Of a stretch of 64,000 bases of DNA, positions 38,969 through 47,677 are shown piece by piece. The stretch covers positions 124,001 through 188,000 of the IMG/VR virus record IMGVR_UViG_3300032116_000004. One strand, given 5' to 3'. The first letter of the stretch is position 1, and each line of letters begins with the position of its first letter. Both the position numbers and the translations under genes were made by a program. The notes beneath the pieces were generated by a model, which saw only the letters and a list, made by a program, of their open reading frames with translations, was not told the origin of the DNA and did not search any database.

Positions 38969-40809
38969 GAGCACAAGAATTCGCTAATTCCAAACTAGTC
39001 ATCTTTGACATCGACGATACCCTGGTCAACACAGACACCAAGGTCAATGTGGTGCGAGATGGCCGGATCGTGAAGCAACTCAACAGTCACGATTTCACGC
39101 ACTATCACTTACAGCCCGGTGAAGAGTTTGACTTTGGTGCTTTCCGTGATGCCCGCGAATTCTACACACAGGCCCGGCCCATACCCGGCATGATCCGCCA
39201 ACTCAAACAAGACATCGCCACGGGCAACAAAGTGATCATGCTTACTGCCCGCTCGGACTTCAATGACCGAGAAGTTTTCCTGGACACATTCCGCCAGTAT
39301 GGCATTGACATGTCAAAAGTGCATGTGTATCGTGCTGGTAACTTGAACATCAAAGCCGCCACAGAAGAAAAGAAAAAGATCATACTACAACATCTCTTGG
39401 GCAAAGAACACTACGACAAGATCATCATGTATGATGATTCTGTGCCCAATTTAAATGCTTTTCTTAGCCTCAAACAAGATTATCCATGGTCTAAGTTCTA
39501 TGCCTGGCACGTGGATCCATCAGGAAAGGCAGACGAGTATCATAGGACTGATATCCGTGTCACAGAAGTCAGTGCGGATCGCTTGCAACAGTATCTAAAT
39601 CGCGCTGGACAACAGGTTGATCGCAGACAGGAAAGAATGGCCCAGGCCCGTGAGCGACTCAACAAGAGTTATGAAATATACCATGCAGACCGTCCTGCTG
39701 GCTCCAGCCAGATTGTAGATCGTTTTGAATCTGACACCCCTGCGGAAGCCCAACGTTATTATGAAAAGTTTATTCAGAACTACGAAAGTGATCGAGACTT
39801 TGATTTACAACTGCGTCGAAGCACAGGCATCGTGGAAGATTCATTCCGAGGCATCGATATCTCCATGGAAAAGGAAGATGATGAAATCATGGTCCAGGCG
39901 TCGGCGGGTGGCAAGCAGTTAGGGTCAGTGTTGTTTGTGGAATACGATGGCTATCTCATGCCACAGGATCTTGAAGTAGATGAACGATTCCGTGGGCAAG
40001 GTATCGCCCAGGCCATGTATGACTATGTGAAAAGCCTGGGTTATCGCATACGCAGGAGTGGCCAGCAGACCGACGCAGGTTCTGGATTCTGGAGAAAACA
40101 TCGTCCAGAACAGAATGTCTGGGAACAAAGTGTGGCGAAAGGCGATAAAATGAGCCTCATTAATCTAGATCAATCCTTGGCCGACACACCATCGGTATGG
40201 AAAAAATTCATAAGTTTGTTGCCACCACAATTGGCCCGAGAGTTTGTGGATGAGCGTCCAAGACCCGATCAAGACGATATAGACTTTCTCACTCCTTTGC
40301 GTCTGGTCAGTCCGCAGCCTGTATCAGTGCGTGTGGCCGACTTATTGCGTCATCCAGAGAATCAAGGAACCATTGGTAGATCGCCCGACGATGTGGTAAC
40401 AGCAGTAAACCAACGATGGGGTCTCAAGATCCCGTCAGGTAAGAAATATGATCCCAATCCCGCACGATATCGTGCCTATGCCCAGATGGCACCCGGCACA
40501 GCCAGTCCTTCAGTCATGGCCGACGGGGTGATCCTGTTTGGAGCAGGCAGATTCGTGGCCGCGGCTCTGCGTGGTGATGAAACCATGCGTGTGTGGAGCA
40601 TGACAAGAAAGCAAGGCGTGAAGGAAGTAGAGGAAAACTTTGCTGATGGTCGAGTAAAGGGCAAGAGCCGCCCGGGTCGTGTGAAACGTGCGGGTGCTAG
40701 TTGTAGTGGATCAGTCACAGATCTGCGTGCCCGTGCCAAGAAGTATGGTGGAGAACGGGGCAAAATGTATCATTGGTGCGCCAACATGAAGTCAGGTCGG
40801 AAGAAATAA
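38965..40809 (+). CDS. Polyprotein: HAD phosphatase + GNAT + ParB-like + basic Cys module
   Basis: FDIDDTL/LTARS/YDD; VDERFRGQGIA..QTDAG; ILFGAGR; NFADG..HWCAN. Confidence 0.75.
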   Translation: MRAQEFANSKLVIFDIDDTLVNTDTKVNVVRDGRIVKQLNSHDFTHYHLQPGEEFDFGAFRDAREFYTQARPIPGMIRQLKQDIATGNKVIMLTARSDFNDREVFLDTFRQYGIDMSKVHVYRAGNLNIKAATEEKKKIILQHLLGKEHYDKIIMYDDSVPNLNAFLSLKQDYPWSKFYAWHVDPSGKADEYHRTDIRVTEVSADRLQQYLNRAGQQVDRRQERMAQARERLNKSYEIYHADRPAGSSQIVDRFESDTPAEAQRYYEKFIQNYESDRDFDLQLRRSTGIVEDSFRGIDISMEKEDDEIMVQASAGGKQLGSVLFVEYDGYLMPQDLEVDERFRGQGIAQAMYDYVKSLGYRIRRSGQQTDAGSGFWRKHRPEQNVWEQSVAKGDKMSLINLDQSLADTPSVWKKFISLLPPQLAREFVDERPRPDQDDIDFLTPLRLVSPQPVSVRVADLLRHPENQGTIGRSPDDVVTAVNQRWGLKIPSGKKYDPNPARYRAYAQMAPGTASPSVMADGVILFGAGRFVAAALRGDETMRVWSMTRKQGVKEVEENFADGRVKGKSRPGRVKRAGASCSGSVTDLRARAKKYGGERGKMYHWCANMKSGRKK

Positions 40810-40817
40810 GTAATATC

Positions 40818-41000
40818 ATGCGAGCAAGAGAACTCACAGGACACAAGTGGATCACCACTATAACCATAAGCAATCCTGACTATACCGGCCGGATTGATGT
40901 GTCAGTGTATGCCCACAATCAAGCACAGGCCCGACAACTGCTCAAAGCGCAGTATCGCATCCAGGATCATCACATCGGATCCATCAGGAAGGCGCCATGA
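40818..41000 (+). CDS. Small protein with MRAREL leader
   Basis: Leader motif; ATGA overlap with next gene. Confidence 0.65.
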   Translation: MRARELTGHKWITTITISNPDYTGRIDVSVYAHNQAQARQLLKAQYRIQDHHIGSIRKAP

Positions 41001-41314
41001 GAGTCGCAGAATTCATCGCAGAAGATCTGTCAGCGGCTGGCTTCCGTATCCATGTTAGTCCACACCTGGATAATCGTGCAGAAAATCGCGGCATATCCAT
41101 GGCCACCATCTTGGGCATACTCAACAGATTGGATCGGGTGCGCAGACACATCCGTGGATTTGAGCCCAACTCACAGTTCAATGTCTATGACAGCCAACAC
41201 AACATACATCTTGGCATGATGCGATCAGGATTCGATCCAGATAAACTGTTGTTGAACACAGTGTATCACAACGAAAACTACCACGGGCGCAATCCCGTCA
41301 TAAAGGTTCGATAA
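40997..41314 (+). CDS. Possible BECR/DUF4258-like ribonuclease with leader
   Basis: MRVAEFIAE; SPHLDNRAENRGIS ... LNTVY. Confidence 0.45.
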   Translation: MRVAEFIAEDLSAAGFRIHVSPHLDNRAENRGISMATILGILNRLDRVRRHIRGFEPNSQFNVYDSQHNIHLGMMRSGFDPDKLLLNTVYHNENYHGRNPVIKVR

Positions 41315-41901
41315 TGAGAGCACAGGAGTTCCAGGAAGTGGCACTGCTGACCCGGGTCAAAGGCAAGGGCGAGGAGCCCAGCAATCTGCCCAAGTTTGGA
41401 CGGCCCATACTGCCCAAAGAAGAGATCAAATACCTTGGGAAAAAAGTCGGCAACATGGGCCGCTATGAGATCTGGCGAGACTATGTGGGTAGCCAGGTCA
41501 GTTACATCCTGGTAGATCCCCAAAGCCGCAGAGCCATAATCCATGCCTTTGGCAGCAGATATCAGAGAAATCCCAACTCATTCATAGTGGCAGGCCTGTA
41601 TGCCGCACCCGGCAATCCTGTGCGTGCCAGCCAGTTCTATCATGCCTTGATCACGGAATTAGGACTGGATCTCATTTCTGATATCAAGCAGAGTCCCGGA
41701 GGCTACAAAGTGTGGCGTGAATTACAGCAAAGATTTCGTGACGTGAATGTATATGGCTATGATACCAAGCGCAACGAACTGCTGAACGTCACTGCACGTG
41801 ATGAAGAAATGACACATGTGCCCGCTGAAATCGTGCGCAAGGGCGGGCCCGATGTCAAAGACGTGGCCCGCAACATCAGGCTAGTGGCCACAGCAAAGTG
41901 A
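41314..41901 (+). CDS. GNAT-like protein with leader
   Basis: MRAQEFQE; ASQFYHAL...LISDIKQSPGGYKVWREL. Confidence 0.5.
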   Translation: MRAQEFQEVALLTRVKGKGEEPSNLPKFGRPILPKEEIKYLGKKVGNMGRYEIWRDYVGSQVSYILVDPQSRRAIIHAFGSRYQRNPNSFIVAGLYAAPGNPVRASQFYHALITELGLDLISDIKQSPGGYKVWRELQQRFRDVNVYGYDTKRNELLNVTARDEEMTHVPAEIVRKGGPDVKDVARNIRLVATAK

Positions 41902-41934
41902 TCGCCAGCAGGCGCACACGCCGGTAAATATCGC

Positions 41935-42225
41935 ATGAAATCAACATTCGTAAAATTAAACGTAGATCTACACTGCGATTGGAAAAAGACTCCGCCGCCC
42001 TATAGACTCTATGTCAACGATGAACTGTTCACTGAACGCACCTACATCTGGGGTGGCACACAGTATCTCCAAGAAATCATCAGCCTCAGCGCACCGCCTG
42101 GACGCTACAGCCTACGTATCGACAATCTGGGCGATCCTGACTGCAAATTCAAACTGCGCAATCTCTCAGTAGAAACAGGATCAGCCACGGTGCTGGATTC
42201 TAAAACCGTGGAGATCACCCAATGA
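41935..42225 (+). CDS. Hypothetical protein
   Basis: TAAATA 4 nt upstream. Confidence 0.7.
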   Translation: MKSTFVKLNVDLHCDWKKTPPPYRLYVNDELFTERTYIWGGTQYLQEIISLSAPPGRYSLRIDNLGDPDCKFKLRNLSVETGSATVLDSKTVEITQ

Positions 42226-42404
42226 GAGCCCGAGAATTCGTCACAGAAACCACGGTCAGCGGTGCCATAGCCACGGTTGCACAGCCCATGATGGCCGTGC
42301 TCGCAAGAGAACCTGCACAAGCACCCGCTGATAAATATAAAACTACTTCTAGGAAGCCGGCACCAGATGTTAACCGACGATTTAAAAACTCTTTTAGCAA
42401 GTAA
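42222..42404 (+). CDS. Small protein with MRAREFVTE leader
   Basis: Leader motif; ATGA coupling. Confidence 0.65.
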   Translation: MRAREFVTETTVSGAIATVAQPMMAVLAREPAQAPADKYKTTSRKPAPDVNRRFKNSFSK

Positions 42405-42807
42405 CTTTGCATATTATCTCAAGGCACAGATGTTCCATTGGAACGTGGAAGGCCCTGATTTCGGGCAACTGCACGAATTTTTCGGCGAAGTCTACGCTGA
42501 TGCCTACGGCGCTGTGGACCAGATAGCCGAATACATCCGCACCCTGGATGACTACGCTCCCGGAAGCCTAGAGCGTTTTTCAGAACTCAGCGAGATCCCT
42601 GGACAGACCAAGATTCCCCGAGCCCGGCTCATGCTGGAAGAATTGCTACAAGATACCGAAACCATGAAAGCCATGGTCATGCGTGTGTTTGAATCTGCAC
42701 AGGCCGAAGGTCGCGAAGACATCGCTAACTTCATGGCCGAACGCCAAAACAGTCATGGCAAGTATGCCTGGCAGACACGCTCATTCCTCAAGGATCAACG
42801 AGCATGA
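42367..42807 (+). CDS. dps: Dps-family mini-ferritin
   Basis: HWNVEGPDFGQLHEFFGEVY...DQIAEYIR...HGKYAW. Confidence 0.9.
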   Translation: MLTDDLKTLLASNFAYYLKAQMFHWNVEGPDFGQLHEFFGEVYADAYGAVDQIAEYIRTLDDYAPGSLERFSELSEIPGQTKIPRARLMLEELLQDTETMKAMVMRVFESAQAEGREDIANFMAERQNSHGKYAWQTRSFLKDQRA

Positions 42808-43739
42808 GCAATGACATAGCCCGCATACTGACCAAGTTTGATCAACTCAACGAAGGGTTGAACCAACAACAGACTGCCGTGAAGCAGATGCCTGCACTGT
42901 TTAAAATGAAATCACAGGGTCCTGTGTTGGGCGGAGATCCCAACCGCCCTGCGCCCAGCAAAGGTTACTATTTTGGTGGTGAGGGCGAGGAACCCACTGT
43001 GAATCGCGGTGGTTACAATAAACTACGAGATCGCACAGATTATCTTGACAAGCGTGATATCTTGTTCCGCCAGCTCACTCCTGGCATAGATCCACAAACC
43101 AGAGAAGCCATCAAAGATCGATTGGCCCAATTAGAAAAAGCTGCCGAGATGTCTGGGCTGACAGAAAACACCGAAGACAATCCCATGAGAGATGCAGTGC
43201 TTGGGCGCATCCGTCGTGGCAGATTGGATCTCATAGAAAAATATGGTCTGGACCATGTGCTGTCCGCTGTGGATGATGTCACAGACGGTGATGATGATTG
43301 GTACGAAATTGGATCCAGTGATGTCAGCGCCTATATCAAGCGTGTGGAAGATCTCTTGCGTGATCACTATGGTAGCCGTGACGAAGTAGTTGAAAGCGCC
43401 ACTACCGAAGACGTGATCTCCACTGTTAAGAAAAAACTGGGCGACTATCTACAAGACATAGCCACGCAGATCAAGACAGATCCTGATCTCAAAGACAAAA
43501 TGCCCCAGGACATGGATCGGATCTCTCCTGTGGTCAAGACCATCACCACAGACGATGGCAAAGAAATCAAGATACACGGCAACGAAGATGACGGATTCCG
43601 CATCACTATAAAGAACAAGGCCTTGTCATCCGAATTTGACAATCTTGACGAAGCTGTGATGGCCTGCGAGATGTATTGTGCTCGCCGACGCAACATGCAA
43701 GAACAAACGTCAAACAACGACTATCTGGAAGAACGATAA
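42804..43739 (+). CDS. Modular hypothetical protein with xxE junctions
   Basis: QLNE, GLTE, VVE junctions. Confidence 0.7.
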   Translation: MSNDIARILTKFDQLNEGLNQQQTAVKQMPALFKMKSQGPVLGGDPNRPAPSKGYYFGGEGEEPTVNRGGYNKLRDRTDYLDKRDILFRQLTPGIDPQTREAIKDRLAQLEKAAEMSGLTENTEDNPMRDAVLGRIRRGRLDLIEKYGLDHVLSAVDDVTDGDDDWYEIGSSDVSAYIKRVEDLLRDHYGSRDEVVESATTEDVISTVKKKLGDYLQDIATQIKTDPDLKDKMPQDMDRISPVVKTITTDDGKEIKIHGNEDDGFRITIKNKALSSEFDNLDEAVMACEMYCARRRNMQEQTSNNDYLEER

Positions 43740-46399
43740 TGAATCTGTTTAATCTAATTGAAAATACCACAGGCGGCTACGACAATCTCCGCGCACTGTT
43801 ACAGGCCGTGAGCACCCGCTCGCCAGCCGATCTCAACATAGGTGGTGAACCCATCACCCTGGACTACATGGAAGCTAACTTCCTCAACGGTATCTATCGA
43901 GCATATTTGAAAGCCGGACGCCAAGAAGAATTCATCCAGGACCTGGGCGATGCACGGCGCTTTGACATGCACATGAAGAAACTGCGCGATCTCATCGCTA
44001 AACAGAAATCCTTCCGTGGATCAGTTCCGGGTCAACGTGGTGTCACAGGCGATGTTCCTGCTGGTGTGATGGAAGGTCTGGAAGCCTTGGAAGAGATAGC
44101 CATGCAGGATCCCAACAATCCCACAGATCAAAATGCCGGCAAATTGAACTGGACTCGCATGATCCAGGACTACATGGGCAACAAACCCTACACTGAATTT
44201 GAATTTGGCACGGATCGTCCGCTCACTCTGTATCGCACACAGATCTATGCCATACTCAAAGCATTTGGCAACATGAAACCACAGCAGAAACTCAACATCA
44301 TCCTCAACACCTTTGGCAACAAAGTGGCTACCGTGGAATACCTTGACAAACTGCGTGCCAAGGGCATGATGCCCAAAAAAGTGCCTGCCTATGTGGCGCC
44401 TGGCACAGAGGCTCCTGCACCGGGACAGATGAGCCTTCCGGGCATAGACATGCCTCGCATCAAAGAAGCTCAAAAAAAAAGTCCGCAAGAATTAGCTAGA
44501 GACACGGCTGTTTCGGCCAAGGTCCAACGTGCGTTCCAACTGGCCAGGGCTCGTCAACCTGCCGCTGCCTCTGACATCGAAGCCTTTGTCAAAGATGAAA
44601 TAGAACGTGGCGAAGAACTAGCACAACAGGTCGGTCAGTTACAGCAAGACAATGAACAACAGAGCCAGCAGATAGCACAACTGACCAAGGCCGTGAGCCA
44701 GCAAGCCAAGGCCGAACCTGAACCAAAGCCACCTGCACCATCAGCACCTGCCGCACGGGCACCCACGGCACCTGCCAAACCAGAAAAAGAACCCACTGCC
44801 AAAGCAGAGCCCGAGGCCCTGCCCAAGGACAAAGAAGAACCCAAGACCGAACCCAAGGCCGAACCTGCACCGCAGACACAACCGGCTCCAGCCAAGGCTC
44901 GCAAGCCCAGGGCTAAACCTCGTGCCAAACCACAAAAGGCCCCCGGGGAATTGCCGCCCGTGGATACCACCATCCAGATGCCACCACAGCAGATACCCGA
45001 TCAGCGACCTTCAGCGCAGATATTGCAGTTTCCTGGCGGCAAGAAAGATGAAGTAGGCGCTGCCATGCAAGGCCTGGATCTTGGTGATTTGCCACGTGCC
45101 GCGGGACAAAACGAAAGCGTGAGAGTCACTGTGAGAGGCAATCCGTTGTTTGAAGGCAAGGATGGCACTGTGAAACAACGCATCGCCGATGACTTCTTCC
45201 TGGTAGATGTAGATGGATTTGGATCACATGCTTTCCATGTCAGCAAATTGGTGTTTGAGATGCAAACCCGACTGGATCGCTTCAATATTGACAGACCCAT
45301 GTTGCCATCCGGCGTGGCCAAGGTCCAATACGCCCGTGACAACAACATGTATGATGATGCCCGCATACAAGAAGCCTTGCCTGACAAGGCCATGGCTGTG
45401 TTGAAAAATCTACAGCAACAGCAACAACAACCAGAACCTGCAATTGATCTCAATACACCTGCTGGTCCACGACGTGGTCGTCCTACCAATGCCCAACGAG
45501 CACAGCGCCACGAAGAGTTCTTGACTCTCCGACGTCGCATAGCATTGTTGGACGAGTTGATCCAGATGAAAGAACAGATTGATCGCTTGTTCCTCAAGGC
45601 ACAGAATGTGCGTGGCGGTATCTATCCTGGCTTGCAAGCAGACATTGAGATGGAAGAACTGTATCCTGTGCCAGAAACAGATCGCCAATTCCAAGATCTC
45701 CGAGACAAATACACCAAAGACTTAACCGCACTGCAAAAGTTCTTGGCCATGAAGAAGGCAGTGTATCGTGAAGACGAAGATTCGATGTTGGGCGAAAGCA
45801 CTGCCTTGGTGCGCTTGAAACAAGCACGTCAGGCACTGAGTCAACAAGGTGTGGCGGAAGGCACCGACGACGTCAAAAAGCGAATGTCCAAGTTGGAAGC
45901 ACTGGCCTTGGCTGCAAATCGTGCCGGTGATGATGCAAAATGCAAAATGTATCAGCAAAAGATTCAATCACTCAAACAAAAATTATCTAGAGATATGTCA
46001 ACAGGTGTAGCGGAAGCAGTTACAGATGTAAAGGCTGGCATGGCTGAAATATATCATCGCCTGGCTCCCAAAATAGAACGCCACCGAGACAGTTTCCTTG
46101 CCGGGCAACTGTATGATGAGTTGGAAAACTATGCTGAACTACACGGTGCCGAAGGCGAGTTCAAAAGGATGATGGCCACGGCCAGGAACAGTGCCCACAT
46201 GGAATATGATACCAACCCGGGTGGTTTCCAAAACTGGTTCTGGTTCTTGCCATTTGAAAAACAGTTGGATGAAAAACAAGATGCTTGTTACCGCAAGGTA
46301 AAAAGTCGTTACAAAGTATGGCCTTCGGCTTATGCATCGGGTGCCTTGGTCCAGTGCCGCAAGAAAGGTGCTGACAACTGGGGCAACAAGAAAAAATGA
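43739..46399 (+). CDS. Large modular polyprotein with Pro/Lys/Glu linker and GVAE junctions
   Basis: MNLFNLIE leader; QGVAEG, TGVAEA, QLDE; C-terminal ACYRKVKSRYKVWPSAYASG module. Confidence 0.75.
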   Translation: MNLFNLIENTTGGYDNLRALLQAVSTRSPADLNIGGEPITLDYMEANFLNGIYRAYLKAGRQEEFIQDLGDARRFDMHMKKLRDLIAKQKSFRGSVPGQRGVTGDVPAGVMEGLEALEEIAMQDPNNPTDQNAGKLNWTRMIQDYMGNKPYTEFEFGTDRPLTLYRTQIYAILKAFGNMKPQQKLNIILNTFGNKVATVEYLDKLRAKGMMPKKVPAYVAPGTEAPAPGQMSLPGIDMPRIKEAQKKSPQELARDTAVSAKVQRAFQLARARQPAAASDIEAFVKDEIERGEELAQQVGQLQQDNEQQSQQIAQLTKAVSQQAKAEPEPKPPAPSAPAARAPTAPAKPEKEPTAKAEPEALPKDKEEPKTEPKAEPAPQTQPAPAKARKPRAKPRAKPQKAPGELPPVDTTIQMPPQQIPDQRPSAQILQFPGGKKDEVGAAMQGLDLGDLPRAAGQNESVRVTVRGNPLFEGKDGTVKQRIADDFFLVDVDGFGSHAFHVSKLVFEMQTRLDRFNIDRPMLPSGVAKVQYARDNNMYDDARIQEALPDKAMAVLKNLQQQQQQPEPAIDLNTPAGPRRGRPTNAQRAQRHEEFLTLRRRIALLDELIQMKEQIDRLFLKAQNVRGGIYPGLQADIEMEELYPVPETDRQFQDLRDKYTKDLTALQKFLAMKKAVYREDEDSMLGESTALVRLKQARQALSQQGVAEGTDDVKKRMSKLEALALAANRAGDDAKCKMYQQKIQSLKQKLSRDMSTGVAEAVTDVKAGMAEIYHRLAPKIERHRDSFLAGQLYDELENYAELHGAEGEFKRMMATARNSAHMEYDTNPGGFQNWFWFLPFEKQLDEKQDACYRKVKSRYKVWPSAYASGALVQCRKKGADNWGNKKK

Positions 46400-46929
46400 G
46401 ATATCGAGAGATCCTTGAAGCATGCTGGACTGGTTATAGAAAAGCCGGTATGAAGCGCAAGGGTGATCGCTGGGTTCCCAACTGTGTGCCTGTGAGCGAA
46501 CAGCACATGGAAGAAAATCTCCGAGACTGGTTCAAAGAGAAGTGGGTGCGATTTGGGCCCGACGGTAAGATCCGTGGTGACTGCGCCAGAGGTTCCGACT
46601 CAGAAGGCAAGCCAAAGTGCCTGCCACAGTCAAAAGCACACAGCCTAGGCAAAAAAGGTCGTGCGTCGGCAGCAGCCAAGAAGCGTAGAGAAGATCCCAA
46701 TCCAGAACGCAGAGGTGCTGCCAAGAATGTGTCCACAAAGGTTCGCGAGGATGCAGTGCAAGATCTAGTGAAAGATCTAAAAAATCCACACAGTTATGAT
46801 GCCATTGATCACATGATGCAGACCATTGCTAAAAAATCTGGAATCACTGCAAAAGAACTGCATGATCGTTTCGTGAAAAAACATGACATAACTCCAGACG
46901 AATACATCAAACGCAAAGGCAACAAATGA
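46396..46929 (+). CDS. Leader + basic Cys modules
   Basis: MRYREILE; ACWTGY..VPNCVP; MEE-NLRDWFKEKW..KPKCLP; VRE. Confidence 0.7.
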   Translation: MRYREILEACWTGYRKAGMKRKGDRWVPNCVPVSEQHMEENLRDWFKEKWVRFGPDGKIRGDCARGSDSEGKPKCLPQSKAHSLGKKGRASAAAKKRREDPNPERRGAAKNVSTKVREDAVQDLVKDLKNPHSYDAIDHMMQTIAKKSGITAKELHDRFVKKHDITPDEYIKRKGNK

Positions 46930-47333
46930 GAAATCTAATCAACCGCATGGAAGCCATAGAACAAGGTTGTCCCCCTGCAACACAAAACATTGACCTCAAC
47001 CTCAAGAACAGGAAGAAAGCCATAGATGAATATGACTATGGTCCCATGGATCCCAACGCTCCCAACGAAGAATATTGGGAAAGGATAGCCGCAGAGTGGA
47101 ACATGGACGACGTCGATCAAGCCAAGTCGGCACGCTGTGGCAACTGCGCGGCCTTTGACATATCAGATGACATGCAAGATTGCATAGCCAAAGGCATCGG
47201 TGCAGAACCTGGGTCGGACCCTATGAGCACCATAGATGCAGGCACCTTGGGTTATTGCAAATTCCTCAAATTCAAATGTGCTGCCAAACGCACCTGCACC
47301 GCTTGGGTGGAAGGTGGTCCCATAACAAAATGA
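46926..47333 (+). CDS. Cys-rich hypothetical protein with leader
   Basis: MRNLINRMEAIE; CGNC, YC, C....TC. Confidence 0.7.
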   Translation: MRNLINRMEAIEQGCPPATQNIDLNLKNRKKAIDEYDYGPMDPNAPNEEYWERIAAEWNMDDVDQAKSARCGNCAAFDISDDMQDCIAKGIGAEPGSDPMSTIDAGTLGYCKFLKFKCAAKRTCTAWVEGGPITK

Positions 47334-47677
47334 GAGTGACTGACATCGTGCGCGAGACCAAAGATATTGCCAGTTTCCTAAGTGGTCAATCTCCCATGGT
47401 AACGCTGCCACCTGGTAGTGCTAGAGCCAAGATTTTCACACCACAGGATCGCCAGGCCATAGAACGTTTTGTTCCTGCGGTGCGCGACATGACCGATCAT
47501 GACGCACTGGAATCGGCCAAAGAGTTTTTAGAAACTTTCTTGAATCGCATCAAAACCGGCGAACAGTTGGACAGGACTGACCTTCGCATAGTCGGCGGAC
47601 TCTATGACATCATCCGCAAACAAACCGATCGTTATGACACGTTTATGAGGAAATACAATCTAGATGAAAGCCAGTGA
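47330..47677 (+). CDS. Hypothetical protein with MRVTDIVRE leader
   Basis: ATGA coupling; leader. Confidence 0.7.
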   Translation: MRVTDIVRETKDIASFLSGQSPMVTLPPGSARAKIFTPQDRQAIERFVPAVRDMTDHDALESAKEFLETFLNRIKTGEQLDRTDLRIVGGLYDIIRKQTDRYDTFMRKYNLDESQ

